Assembly: GCF_964194155.1 (NCBI RefSeq)
Contig: NC_135901.1
Coordinates: 11,408,001 to 11,472,000 of the forward strand
Length of the DNA stretch: 64,000 nucleotides
Source: Cetorhinus maximus
Lineage: Eukaryota
Reading direction: 5' to 3'
Shown here: positions 1 to 11,924 of the stretch, one piece after another
Layout of the letters: the number at the start of each line of letters is the position of its first letter
Numbering within the stretch: position 1 is the first letter of the stretch
Notes under the pieces: model-generated
What the model was told of the DNA's origin: nothing
Seen by the model: the letters and a program-made list of their open reading frames with translations, nothing else
Databases searched by the model: none
Translations under genes and position numbers: made by a program

Positions 1-108
1 GTGACGGCAATTATGTTCTGACAGGTCAGATGATTGGCTGAAGCCTCGTCCACACACAGAACACGTGTACGGTTTCTCCTCACTGTGAACAGTGCTTTTT
101 CCTTCCAT
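1..108 (-). CDS. C2H2 zinc-finger gene (ZNF-A), 5' part; runs off window start
   Basis: Minus strand from ATG at 108 reads [36 protein letters not shown]. Splice acceptor ttcacag|ggtattagaag at ~217, same context as paralogs at 34260 and ~44570. Confidence 0.8.
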   Translation of the reverse strand, partial: MEGKSTVHSEEKPYTCSVCGRGFSQSSDLSEHNCRH

Positions 109-387
109 GTTCAAAATCCAATGATATTCAGGTTATGATAAATTGGGCGACTCTGTCAGATTCTGATGTGATATTTGGTTTGAGTTTCCCGACTGCAAAT
201 CCTCTCCTTCTAATACCCTGTGAAATTGATTTAAAACAGAAAAAGTGAGAGAGAGAGAACCCACAAAAACAGGTTGTGAAATTGAGCTGAATGAATCTGG
301 TAATTTGTGGGGCCGCCACCAGGAAAAAGAGACCATGAAAACTGCTGGATTGTCCTAAAAACCCAACTGGTTCACTAATATCCTTCA

Positions 388-642
388 GAAACATAGAAAT
401 TAGGAGCAGGAGTAGGCCATTCAGCCCTTTGAGCCTGCTCCACCATTCAATATGATCATGGCTGTTTCTCTATCTCAACGCCATATTCTTGCTTTCTCTC
501 CAAACCCCCTGATGCCCCTAATATCCAAAAAATGATCAATTTCTTCCTTGGCTATACTCAGTGACCCGGCCTCCACAGGCTTCTGTGGTAGAGAATTCCA
601 CAGGTTGACCACCCTCCGAGTGAAGACATTTTTCCTCATCTC
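388..642 (-). mobile_element. CR1-clade LINE 3' end fragment
   Basis: agaaacatagaaattaggagcaggagtaggccattcagccc...: reverse complement of a CR1-type 3'UTR; same motif at ~28590, ~28725, ~53920. Confidence 0.7.
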
Positions 643-729
643 AGGGAAGGGAACCTGCTACGTGGTCTATGCCCACTCAAGACTCTGTCCACAAATTTCA
701 AAATTGTGCCTGAACACTGAGGTCTGGGT

Positions 730-1745
730 TATTTATATGTATCAGGAACAGCACGGGTCCGAACACTGACTCCTGGGGAACTCCGTTCTTAAACTTCCTC
801 CAGTCTGAAAAACATCCATTAACCATGACTCTCAGTTTCCTGTCACTCAGCCAATTTCGTATCCATGTTGCTGCTGTCCCTTTTATCCCATGAGCTATAA
901 TCTTTGCTCACAAGTTTGTTGCATGGTACTTTATCTAATGCCATTTGGAAGTCCATGTAACACAACATTAACAGCATTACCCTGAACAACACTTTCTGTT
1001 ACCTCATCAAAAACCTAAAGCAACTTAGTTAAACGTGATTTTCCCTTAACAAATCCATGCTGGCTTTCCTTAATTAACCCACATTTTCTCAAGTGACTAT
1101 TAAATATATCCTGAATGACCATTTCTGGAAGGTTCCCCAACACCGAGATTAAACTGACTGGTCTGTAGTTGCTGGGCTTCTCTTTACACCTTTTTTGAAC
1201 AAAGGTGTAACGTTTGCAATTCTCCAGTCCCTGTGTCAGCAACTCTGAATCTCAGGAAGACTGGAAAATTATGGCCAGCGCTTCCACAATTTCCACTCTC
1301 ATTTCCCCTCAGTATCCTTGGATGCATCTCATCCAGTCCTGGGGTTTTGGCAACTTTGTCAGACAGACTATCCAATATCTCCTCCTTATCAATTTTAAAC
1401 CCCACAAGGGTCTGAACTATCTCCTCTTTCACGATCACCTGTGCAGCAGGAAAAGGCAGATGCAAAATATTAATTTAATACTTCATCCATGCCCCCTGCC
1501 TCCATGCATAAATCACCTCTTTGGTTCCTAATTGCCTCCGCTCCTCCTTTTACCACCGTTTTACTATTTACATGCCCATGGAAGACTTCTTGATTGATTT
1601 CTATGTTTGCTTTCAGTCTCTTTTTATGCTCTCTTTGCTTTTCTTATTTGGTTTTCCAAATCCCTCTGAACCTTCTCTATTCATCCTGGTTCTTGGTTTT
1701 ATTATCCAGCTGACATGTGTCATAAGCACACTTTTTCTCCTTTAT
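730..1745 (-). mobile_element. CR1 LINE RT fragment, degenerate
   Basis: Broken ORFs with KTPGLDEMHPRIL, NYRPVSLISVLG, ESQHGFVKGKSRLT motifs. Confidence 0.85.
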
Positions 1746-1960
1746 CTCGATGCAAAGCATTTGGTGCTCATTTGAAATTGAACGCAGTTAGCTTTTAAAC
1801 AAAATCCAAGAATTTTACTGGGAACAGGCTTGAGAATGATGCGTTAATTAGATCTGATCACTCTTTGTCTGTCTTTGTGAGCACACGTTACAATGAGACA
1901 CCTTTGACATGGTGAGTAACTGTGTTAAGCTGCATCGAAAGATGTGCTGATTTTGCTGCA

Positions 1961-2213
1961 GATAAAAGCAAAAAAACTGCGGGTGCTGGAAAACTGAAAC
2001 AAAAATAAAAATACCTGGAAAAACTCAGCAGGTCTGGCAGCATCTGCGGAGAGGAACACAATTAACGTTTCGAGTCCGTATGACTCCTCAGCAGAACTAA
2101 GCAAAAATAGTAAAGAGGTGAAATATAAAGTCTTATCTATCACCTCTTTTCTATTTATTAACTGTGTTGCTCTCCGCAGATGCTGCCAGACCTGCTGAGT
2201 TTTTGCGGGTATT
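1961..2213. mobile_element. Miniature PLE insertion made of two inverted pLTR ends
   Basis: Matches termini of the PLE at 29984-34157; exact 14-bp TSD ctgattttgctgca at 1947-1960 and 2214-2227. Confidence 0.85.
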
Positions 2214-2339
2214 CTGATTTTGCTGCACGTGTATTATGACCTCGGTGACAGAAAATGCATTATGCCTACAATATTGGAGATTCAGGTAAGCTTCAACGAT
2301 GCAAATTATCCTCACAATTTAATGAGTAAGTTTTCATAA

Positions 2340-2413
2340 TGCTTCTGCCCGGTTTCCGAACCGGGGACTTTTCGCGTGTTAGGCGAACGTGATAACCACT
2401 ACACTACAGAAAC
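2340..2413 (-). tRNA. tRNA-Val(AAC), possibly pseudogene
   Basis: GTTTCTGTAGTGTAGTGGTTATCACGTTCGCCT-AAC-ACGCGAAAAGTCCCCGGTTCGGAAACCGGGCAGAAGCA; one extra G in the T-loop/B box relative to canonical vertebrate Val-AAC. Confidence 0.8.
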
Positions 2414-2633
2414 TGCTGTGATTTTACCGAGCCTGTCCGGAATGCTAAACTGCGTTGTAACGCAGCAGCAATCTGGATCTCGAGACTGATGTAGCAATGT
2501 AATCATAAAACAGCACCATGTATCTATTTGGCTCGACCATTTTGTGATTACATTGTTACATCAGCTTGCTGCAGCGTTCCTGAGAATTGCAGCTGTATTT
2601 CATTTCTCCGCAACAAAGACCCAGATTGCTGCA

Positions 2634-2677
2634 GCCTAACACGCGAAAGGTCACCGGTTCGAAACCGGGCAGAAACG
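2634..2677 (+). pseudogene. tRNA-Val(AAC) 3' half
   Basis: gcctaacacgcgaaaggtcaccggttcgaaaccgggcagaaacg; 5' half missing. Confidence 0.85.
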
Positions 2678-4526
2678 TTATGAAAACTTACTCATTAAAT
2701 AGTGAGGATAATTTGCATCGTTGAAGCTGACCTGAATCTGCAGGCATATTGCATTTGCTCTCACCGAAGTCACAAAATTAATGCAGCAAAATCAGCACTT
2801 GCTGAGATTCCATGACACACCTGAGTGGATAGTTGTTCGTATTTCATACTCACATACTCGCAGTTCGTTTCGTCAACAAGAGGAATCAATGGGTCTTTCG
2901 ATGCAGCTTAAGAAAGTTACTCACCATGTCAAAAGTGTCTCAGTGTAATGTGTGCTCATAAAGACAGACAAAGAGGGATCAGATCTAATTAACGCATCAT
3001 TCTCAAGCCTGTTCCCTGTAAAATTCTTTGATTTTGTTGAAATGCTAACTGTTATGCTACATCTCAAATCAGACCCATATCAAATGCATTACCTGGTGAC
3101 TTACATTCTTTTGTTTGCCAGTCAAGTTTGCAATTCGATGTTGTCTATTTCAGAGAGCCTCAAGTCAACCAAGGGCATCAATATCAAGTACAGTAATAGT
3201 GAATGTTAAATAAGGTAAAAAAAATTGCTGAGAAAAGTTTATTTAATTTCTTCTGCTGTGGAGAAATGTGTTCATAATGATTGAGCAGAAAGCATTGCTG
3301 CCTAAGACATATGCTGAATCGAGTCTTCTGCATTTTGAAATTCAAACAAACTGAGGCACCAGGTGGTAACAAGTAACAAGTGACATGACCTCTCAGTCTA
3401 ACCATTGGAATCCTCCAAACATTCTGGTAGATCAACACTTTTTCCTAAACAAATATGTATTCTGTAAGATTACCTTCCCAGAACAAATGCATTTTAAACC
3501 AAATGAATGAAACAAACTATGCCAGCCTTTGATCTTGGCAGGGTTCTGTTGAACTGTAACAATGATTTCCCACTGTGATATAACACCCTTGATTAGCGGT
3601 TTGTGTAGCAAATGTAATTAGATTGTGTAAATCAACTCAGAAATAATGAGATGTTTGATCAGAAAAATAAGCACTTTTGTCAATTCGATATGAAATCAAT
3701 AGAAAAAGTAAATAATATTCATATGTATAGCTATGTAAGAAGCACTAGTCTTGAAGATTTAGATCTTCATGGCATTGGGTGAGGGAAATAGTGTTAATTA
3801 AGGTAAACTAGGCATGGAATCTGCAGAATCTCCTTTTTCAAAAGGGAATTGTGCAATTAATTGATATTCAGAATAATAACAGGTTTACTAAAAGAGGGAA
3901 GGAAATGAGATTAATTCGTTTGCTCTTAAAAAAGCTGATCGAGACAGAATTATGGAAGGGCCCCTTATGCCACAGAATGGATACATGGTAATTTGCCGTT
4001 TTATGATTACATTGTTATAAGAGTCTGTCTGCAGCATCCCTGATAATACCAGCTGAATTCAATTTCACCGAAACAGAGACCCAGAGTGCTGCTGCATGAC
4101 AGCATGGCTTAACATTCCGGATAAGCCCTGATCAGTCGGACAGCTCACCCTTCATTCTCCCCTGATTCCACTTCCTAAAGAGTTTGTAAATATTCACAGA
4201 ACTGGAGACTGGGTTTCCTGTTTTGGTTCCTCCTCTATTTTTCCGCCTGCCAACGAACAACATTTTCCAAAATTTCGTCACAATGTTCCGCCTTGTACCA
4301 TGTTCAGGGGTGAACACATTCAGTTTTGTGTAGAGAATATAAAGGCCGGGATCGTTTTCTTTAGAGCAAAGCAGGTTAAACTGCGTTTTCATGGTGTTGT
4401 TTAAAATTATTGGGCTGAGGAAGGGATCGGCGGCGGGCGGTTTGATAGAGCAGTTAGCGAGAAGCTGTTTCCACTCTCGAGGGTCAGTCACCAGAGGACT
4501 GGGGTTTATGATAATTAAATAAAGAC

Positions 4527-4790
4527 AGGCTTGCATTTATATAGCACCTTTCCCGACCAGCGGACGTCTCAAATCGCTTTCCAGTCAATGAAGGACATTG
4601 TGAAGTGTCGGCATTGTGATGTAGGAAACACGGTAGCCAATCACCGCTCAGCAAACTCCCACAAACAGCAGCGTCCTAATGAGCGGATAATGTGTATATG
4701 TGACGTTGATTGAGGGATAAATTTGACCAGGAAGCGGGGAGAACTCCCCTGCTCTTCTTTCAAATAGGCTCATGGCAGCTTTTATATTCT
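4527..4790 (-). mobile_element. DeuSINE (SacSINE1-like) fragment
   Basis: Minus strand has gaagagcaggggagttctcccc...tttatccctcaatcaac (Deu-domain-like) and an L2-type tail gtgctatataaatgcaag; family recalled from memory. Confidence 0.65.
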
Positions 4791-5256
4791 GGCGCCTAAA
4801 TCCCGTTCGTGTCTCTTCTTTCCAGGCTGAATAAGAAAGGAGGGATTTCACCATGCCTGCACTGAGCCTCGGTTTCCTCGGACCTTTTATCGCACCCTGG
4901 CAGTTTTTCCTCTTCCTCTGCTGAAGACCGATACAAAGTGATGATGTAGCGTGTCTGCTATTTCCTCTGTTTCAATTACAGTATCGCTTTCGTCTGTCTT
5001 TCGGAGCACACATTATTACTGTTATTCATCTTTGAGACGACGAGTAAGTATGTTAACCTACAGCAATAAACAGATTCATTTATTTTGCTAACTGAATGAA
5101 CTGTTAATATGTCTGTCGAGTGACAGTGGAAAGTGTTTTACAACCTTTACTGCATCGGGTGCGATAAAATGTCACTTCTGTTTTATTTGTGGGATGTTCT
5201 TTAGTATTTCGAGAAGACCAATTGTCACGTGACTGTAATACGCAAGTGCACTTAAA

Positions 5257-5303
5257 CGAGCCGGGAGACTATTTGCGTGTTAGGGCCACGACGCTAGAGA
5301 AAC
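5257..5303 (-). pseudogene. Highly decayed tRNA-Val remnant
   Basis: gtttctctagcg...cctaacacgcaaa...cccggctcg, with upstream flank (5330-5470) homologous to the tRNA-Val unit flank at 19330-19460. Confidence 0.45.
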
Positions 5304-5545
5304 CCTGCACTGCCGAATCCTCAATGGACTTGGCTGAAACGGTAACCTGTGCGGCCATGCAGCAGCACTTTGGATTTTTGTGTTGAAGAAATGGAATTCA
5401 GCTGCTATCATTAGGAATGCTGGAGACAAGACTGATTTAACAATGTCGCCATAAAATGGTACAGCACACGAGGAGACAATTCGGCCCATCGTGTCTATGG
5501 CAGCTTTTTGCAAAGAGCATTCCAATCAGTCCCAATGGCTCTTCT

Positions 5546-5670
5546 TCATACGGACTCGAAACGTTAACTCTGTTTCTTTCTCCACAGCTGCTGACAGATC
5601 GGCTGAGTTTTTCCAGCATTTTCTGTTTTTGTTTCAGATTTGCAACATCCGCAGTATTTTGATTTATTTT
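5546..5670 (+). mobile_element. PLE pLTR 3' fragment (half hammerhead)
   Basis: catacggactcgaaacgttaactctg...ctgagtttttccagca. Confidence 0.75.
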
Positions 5671-6447
5671 GATCCTGGAGTCTCTTCACTCCGGGATGTA
5701 CAAAACCCGTCACTTCTCTTCTTTCATTCTCACGCTTCCATTTCCAGTTTGAGTTGGTTCCTCTTTCGGGCTCTTCAACAAATCCATTTGGACGGACAAG
5801 TGGCAGCTGAAATTTAATGTAAGGAAGTGTGAAGTGATTCATTTTGGTCGGAGAGGAGAGGCAACAGGAAATAAAGCGTACAAATTTATGTTACACAGCG
5901 AGTGGTTAGGATCCGGAATGTATCAATGCGGCTCAGTTCCACAAGCAGGTGAAAGAATTTTTACCATCGCATTCACTTCACGCTTTACAGCTACATTCAC
6001 TTTAGTTTTGTAGCTTCATATTAAAATGGTTCAGAGAGAAAAAGCAGATTGGAAAGATTCCTTTTGTATCTTTTTGCACTGGAAATGTCTGAGATGGAGA
6101 ATACGAGTTTAAAAATGTGACGTGAAAGTGAAGAATTTGATGTCTATCAGTTGCTTTTAGTGATGAATCTGCCGTGCGCTGCCTTGTCAGTTTCATAGGA
6201 GCCGCAGTGATTGGTGGGTTTTGGAAATTGAATTTTGCAATTCACAGCTTTGGTACTATTTCACCACGCTGTCGATTTCATGTTCCAGCCAATAGCAACG
6301 TTGGTTTTCATTGGCTGAAGAAATAATTTGTGTTCTATCTCAACATGACGTTTTGTCGGAGAAACTTCGCCCCCGTGAAAATGGTCCAGAATGAAGAAAA
6401 TGGCAAAAGCCGCGTGGATATCCGGAGATGCAAGCGCAGCAAGCAGC

Positions 6448-6520
6448 TCCCTTGGTAGTCCAGTGGTTAGGATTCGGCGATCTCACCGCTGCGGCCTGGG
6501 TTTGCATCCCGGTCAGAAGC
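6448..6520 (+). pseudogene. tRNA-Glu(CTC) pseudogene
   Basis: TCCCTTGGTAGTCCAGTGGTTAGGATTCGGCGATCTCACCGCTGCGGCCTGGGTTTGCATCCCGGTCAGAAGC; B box (GTTCGA to GTTTGC) and acceptor stem broken. Confidence 0.85.
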
Positions 6521-7234
6521 TAGCCGCTTAATTCTCTTGTTAAAACGACTTTATTAAGTTACTGATTGAAAACAGAAAATGCGTTACAGCTCTGCCCGAA
6601 TCAGTGGAATTGGAACTGTAGCTCCGCATCAGAAATGAAAATGTCACATGTGCGTCAGGTCGAGAACAAATGTCGTGTCGGGATGGAAAGTAAAAGAATA
6701 AAAGAGAAAGGCTGTGATCGGTTGCAAAGCACTGGCTACAACGATGTTGGTACAAGGCAGAATATGGATGGGAATGGGGCTGCTTTTACTGGAGCACTGT
6801 GTGTAGTTCTGAGGATGGCACCTGATAAGGGTCAGTATTGATCTTGGAAACACGGCAGCGCTGATCCACCAGGATGTGAGTTCTGGAATGTGAGTGGACA
6901 TTCTACCCTCTGTAAACTTGAGGTCATTCAAAACTCTGCTGCCCGTGTCTGAACTCGCAGCAAATCCCATTCCACTATCACCCCTGTGCTTTCTGACCTA
7001 CACTGGCTCCTGGACAAGTATTATCTTTCGTTTAAAATTCTCCTGCTTGTTTTCAAATCCCTCCATGTCCTTGCCCCTCTCTTTTTCTTTAGTCTCCCAG
7101 AACCCCAAAACCTTCCGAGATATCCACACTCCTTGAGATGTGGCAGATGAACGGAAATAGGAAAACGCGGGAGAGTTTATTTTCTACAATTTACCAATAA
7201 TTTTTTTTGGTTGAAATCGGGAATAATGAGGAAA

Positions 7235-7316
7235 CGTAGTCGGCAGGATTCGAACCTACGTGGGAAGATCCCAATGGATTTCGAATCCATCGCCTTAACC
7301 ACTCGGCCAAGACTAC
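7235..7316 (-). tRNA. tRNA-Ser(CGA)
   Basis: 82 nt GTAGTCTTGGCCGAGTGGTTAAGGCGATGGATT-CGA-AATCCATTGGGATCTTCCCACGTAGGTTCGAATCCTGCCGACTACG; intact A/B boxes, one acceptor-stem mismatch (T7:C66). Confidence 0.8.
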
Positions 7317-7565
7317 GGGTATGTTTACAACGTTCATATAAAATGATAGGTGGCTACAGCAGAACAGTAAGACATTCGCCCGGGCATGTTCGTGCCAGCT
7401 CTCTGGAAGAGCCAATCAGCTGGTTCCACACAAGCTCCTTTCCCCCCACAGGAATTCATATTTGTATTGTCTCTCCTTGTTCTTCCCATCAAAATAAAGC
7501 ACAGCACACTTCAACTGAAGCTTCCCCGTCTGAAGGTTTTGTGACACGGCGCGAATACCAGCCCA

Positions 7566-7647
7566 TTGTAACTCTGGGATTCGAACCCACGCCTCCAACG
7601 AAATGGTGCGTTTAATACAGCATTTTAGACCACTCGGCCACGACAAC
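7566..7647 (-). pseudogene. tRNA-Leu pseudogene
   Basis: GTTGTCGTGGCCGAGTGGTCTAAAATGCTGTATTAAACG...GGAGGCGTGGGTTCGAATCCCA; acceptor and anticodon stems broken. Confidence 0.8.
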
Positions 7648-7699
7648 ATAATGGACGCCTTTTACCTTACCTGGTATTTCCATTGAAATATAGACAGTA

Positions 7700-8050
7700 A
7701 GGAAAAGAGCAGGAAGCGGCCTTCAGATGCCTCGAACCTGCTCTGCCACTTGTTTGTATCATGGCGGATCCCCAGCTGTGACATCAATTTTCTAACCCAT
7801 CGCGCGAACCGTTTATTTCCTTAGAATCGAAAAATCTATCCATCTTAACCTTCAATGTACTCGCCGACTGAGGATCTGCAGATGTCTGGGCTACAGTACT
7901 CCAAAGATTCACAACCCTTTGCGTGAAGAAATGTCTCCTCATTTCAGTCCTAAATGGCTGACACATTATCTGCAGAATGTGAGCCCAGTTCTAGGCGCTC
8001 CAGCCAGAGGGAAAACATCCTCTCACCATGAACACTGTCAAATTGTCTCA
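7700..8050 (-). mobile_element. CR1 3' fragment
   Basis: ORF piece FRTEMRRHFFTQRVVNLW (CR1 ORF2 C-terminus). Confidence 0.75.
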
Positions 8051-9250
8051 GAATTTCACACTTTGCAAAGAGGTAAAGGAGACCGAGACAAAGACAGAGA
8101 GACTGTGAGGGCGAAAGCAGATATACGGAGACAGATAGAGACAGAGAGTTGGCTCGACACTGAAAGGAACAGATTCACGTCACCATTGATAACTTAGATT
8201 GAAAGACGGAAAAGAAGAAGAGAATAAAAGACTTACGTTTAAACAGAGCCTTTCACGAATTCAGGGCAACAGAAAGTGTTGTAGAACCGATGGAGTGCTT
8301 TTGAAGTGTAGTCAGTGTTGTAATTTAATGACAGAGAGACAGTTCGACAAAAATGCTGATCCAGCAAATGACAAAATGTGATCTTAAGAACTACACCTCA
8401 ATGTAAACATTTCATTCTACGTTTCTAAACTTTTCATTATTTGTTTGATCAGATTCTGCAGGTGGAATCCTTGACAAAACAGGGACAAAGCATTCCATTT
8501 CTATAAGGCCAGCGTTCAGCCTTCCCTTTTCTAGCGTAAAGAGCTTCAGGCTGTTCAGCCTTTCCAGGTGATTATAACATTTGGGATTGAACTTTAATTT
8601 TCCTGTTCCTTCTGAGGTATGACCACAGTAGAAACAGTTCCTAAGGTCTGAGGGATTTCAGTTTGGACTATTTGTATTTACAAATTCATTCTCTCGGTGT
8701 GTCCATTGCCTTAACTCCTCCACCACAAGGACTCGGTTTGTGTCTGTTTTAATGTTGCTCAGTGTAAATGTCAATCATCCCCCCACTTTGTAACATACGG
8801 GCACTTAGGCGCTGAGCAGTCTCCATTCAAAAACAAATAGAGCCGGAATTCCCCTCTTGCATGTTTTAAAGCTGCTCTTTTTTGTTTGTCCGATTTTAAT
8901 ATGAAGCTACCCAACTAATATAAATCGTTCGAATCCCACCACTGCCATAAATAAAGTTTTGATTGGTAAAAGTGGGGAACTGAAGCGCATTGACACACAC
9001 ACAGGAACACACACATACATATAAGTCCGAGAGTGACAGAGACCCAAGGACAGGCAAACACTCAGAAAACAAAGATTTCACAAATTGGCTAAGTTTTGTT
9101 TTCACAAATCCGACAGCAAATTCCGTAAATGCTTGTAGATGAACGCCAATAGGAAAAAACCAAAGTATTTGGCTGTGTTTTTTATTCCATTGAACAGATA
9201 ATTAGTCCTGTATCTGTAGACGCCAGGTTAAAATCAGGAATGAGGAGAAG

Positions 9251-9307
9251 TGTAGTCGGCTGGATGGGACACTGGATGGGGACAATCCATCACCTTAACC
9301 ACTCCGC
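9251..9307 (-). pseudogene. tRNA-Ser remnant
   Basis: Retains gagtggttaaggtgatggatt and gccgactac; central part lost. Flanks are homologous to the 7235 gene. Confidence 0.6.
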
Positions 9308-9594
9308 TTTCGCCTGCAGACCCTGTGCGCTCACCAATAGCGGTCATATAAAATCACAGAATGATTACAGAAGAGGAGGTCATTCGGCCCGTCATGTTCT
9401 TGTTGGCTCTTTGGAAGAGCAACTCAACTCTTCTCACAATGCCGGCCTTTTCCCAGTCGCCCTGTAATTAATATTCACATTTTCTCTCCTCGGGATTCCG
9501 ACCAATCGGAAACACCGCTCACTTTCCTGCTATAAATTTTAGCAGCCTCCCCTCCGCCGGAGGCGATTTGCACGAAGTCCCCAAAATGATCGGC

Positions 9595-9676
9595 TGGTAG
9601 TGGTGGGATTCGAACCCACGTCTCGTTAGAGACTGGAACTTAAGTCCAGCGCCTTAGACCGCTCGGCCACACTACC
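9595..9676 (-). tRNA. tRNA-Leu(TAA), intact
   Basis: 82 nt GGTAGTGTGGCCGAGCGGTCTAAGGCGCTGGACT-TAA-GTTCCAGTCTCTAACGAGACGTGGGTTCGAATCCCACCACTACCA; all stems pair; TTTT terminator at 9583-9586. Confidence 0.93.
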
Positions 9677-10512
9677 AAAATGCTTACAGCCAGTCATCGT
9701 CATGACTGGTATCGGCATTGAATGAGAACATAAGAAATCAGACCAGGAGTCTGCCAAAAGGCCCCTGGAGCTTGCTCAGCTACTTCATAAGATCACGGAG
9801 GATCCTGGGTCTCAACACCAATTTCCCAGCCCTTGATTCCTTTGCTGTACCTCGTCTTTGTGGCATAAGTAGTGAGTGTGTTCCGATATTAACTGAAAAC
9901 TTGGTGGTTTGACACCATCCGGCAATGATAAAAGTCTCTTCCTCACCCTCCTCCCTTCCTACTTCCATTGCCGTCACAGTTCCGGATTGTGCGCTTTGAT
10001 CTGATGAAAATATTCCCCAAACTTTGTCAGCCATCTGTTGTCCAGTATGTTCTCACACAAACAGGCGTTTAAATATTAATTTCAAACACAATGAGAATAA
10101 AAATAGTTCAACAGCGTACATACATCCAATTCATGAGAAATATAGGATTCAAAGCTGCGAATAGAAATTCATTCGCTGAATATATTAACAGAACTGGAGC
10201 ACACCATTGCACCGTGTGAAGTTCCATTTAATTTGTGGATGTTATACAACTGGTATCAAGATAACTGGTATTAAAATAATCTCAGAATCAATATAAAGAA
10301 ACGGTACAAAAAGGGAAACAGTTACAATAATAATGCAATCAACACAATAAAAACATATTAATTTGCCATAACGACAATCCAGAGATATTCGCGAATATTT
10401 TCATTTAGAGTCGATATTTCACAGACAGAATTCCACCTGGAGTCGCTCAATGGCTCCACCTTTGACCAAACCTACAGAGCAGACAGTTCAGCAGTGTCAC
10501 AGGTCAGAGCTG

Positions 10513-11383
10513 TGCCATGAAACTAACAGATCTTTTCATTATGTTATTGTGGTTTATTGTAAAGTAGGTTTATGGTGGTGAGTGTATGGTTCTGTCTGTG
10601 CGATTTAATTGCATTAGGGCCAGATAGGCTGCAAGCTTCAAATTATCAAAATAAATTAGGGGCAAAAGGTATTTTAAATGCTATTGAGTAAACATGGATG
10701 AGGCCTTAGCACGTATATTGTGAAGGAAATTCGCATTTTTAGATAAGTGAAGGAAGGTAAGAAAGGTCAAGTAGTGTATTTATTTTCCCAAAGGTACTGA
10801 CCATGTTAGCAACATGAAAATTTTTTGTATCATGGGAAAAGTAAATTTCCAAAGACACAAAGAACAACGGAATTTACAGATTAAAGAGAGAGAAACATAT
10901 ATGAAGAGGAATGGAAGGCTATGTTGGGGGGCCATGTAAGATCTAATAGGACCGTGCAAAACAACCTTGGGGAAGCCTCCAGCCTGCTGTGTCCAGTAAC
11001 CAAAGGTGGAGGATAGCCTTTGGAATTCCACTGTCAAGTAGGCGCTGTGGTAAATTTGCTTGCTTGCTACTTAAATTTTAAAGCTATTTTGGACTGCTGC
11101 CCTAAAGAGGGTGTATAGTTGGGAGTGAGGTTAATTAGGGATTTTGGGATTTGTTATAGTATTAAGTAACTGTAATCTTATGCATGTGCTTGAAATTATT
11201 CCTTTTGTCAATAAATGTTTTAACTTAGTTTTAAAATCTCTAAAGGTGTTAGTGGACTCATTACTTCTGAATTCGGTGCACAAATCTTCTCGTAATGAAT
11301 ACAAATTGTAAAACCGTTGTGATAGCGTGACCACGTTTCCTTTGTGGATTTGGTCCGCCTGGCCGACATCATCTGCTAGGACA
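10513..11383 (+). mobile_element. Solo LTR
   Basis: TG..CA ends, 871 bp, AATAAA ~11210, near-TSD gctg/gctc; homologous along its length to 37148-38022. Confidence 0.7.
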
Positions 11384-11499
11384 GCTCAGCTGGGGATGAA
11401 AGGAAACTTTACTCTGTCATGACAGTGCATCGCACATGATGCTACATTTATAACCAGCGTCATAAACTGACGCTGTCATGGAACAGAAGATTAAATAGT

Positions 11500-11900
11500 G
11501 GACTCTCGGAATCATTGCATTTCATGGTCCAATGAGCGATCAGGTTGAGCGATTGTTCTGAAAAGAACTGACGTCATTTTTCTTTTCAATTAACCGCAGA
11601 TCTGAGCAAGGTGCGACGTCACACAAACATGGCTGACGCCAATTGGCCCGGCAGTGGATGACGCCACAATGCTTTTCGCACGCCATTGGACCGTGATTGG
11701 TTATTACCCGCATTGATTCAGGTGCGGGAGATCACAGGCTGTCTCCAGTCTCTGCTGAGCGGTGAAGTTTGAGCCGCCTGTGATCCTGACTCAGGACTGT
11801 GACCCCTTGGCACCTTAATGGTGCCGTGCGCCCACTGAGAATATCCGAGACTGGAGAAAGATCGAGAAACTGGGAAGCGCAGCGGTGGAGGTTAATTATA
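11500..11900. promoter_or_regulatory. CpG-rich promoter-like segment
   Basis: TGACGTCA (CRE) at 11568-11575, further GACGTCA/TGACG sites, several CCAAT/ATTGG boxes, YY1-like aacatggc. Confidence 0.45.
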
Positions 11901-11924
11901 AATGCAGCATAGAGGGGAGAAATG

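Larger units (their letters stand above)
1760..4125. repeat. Inverted duplication of tRNA-Val spacer unit
   Basis: 1786-1942 and 2230-2385 are reverse complements of ~2895-3050 and 2634-2800; the same unit recurs at 17975-22260. Confidence 0.8.
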
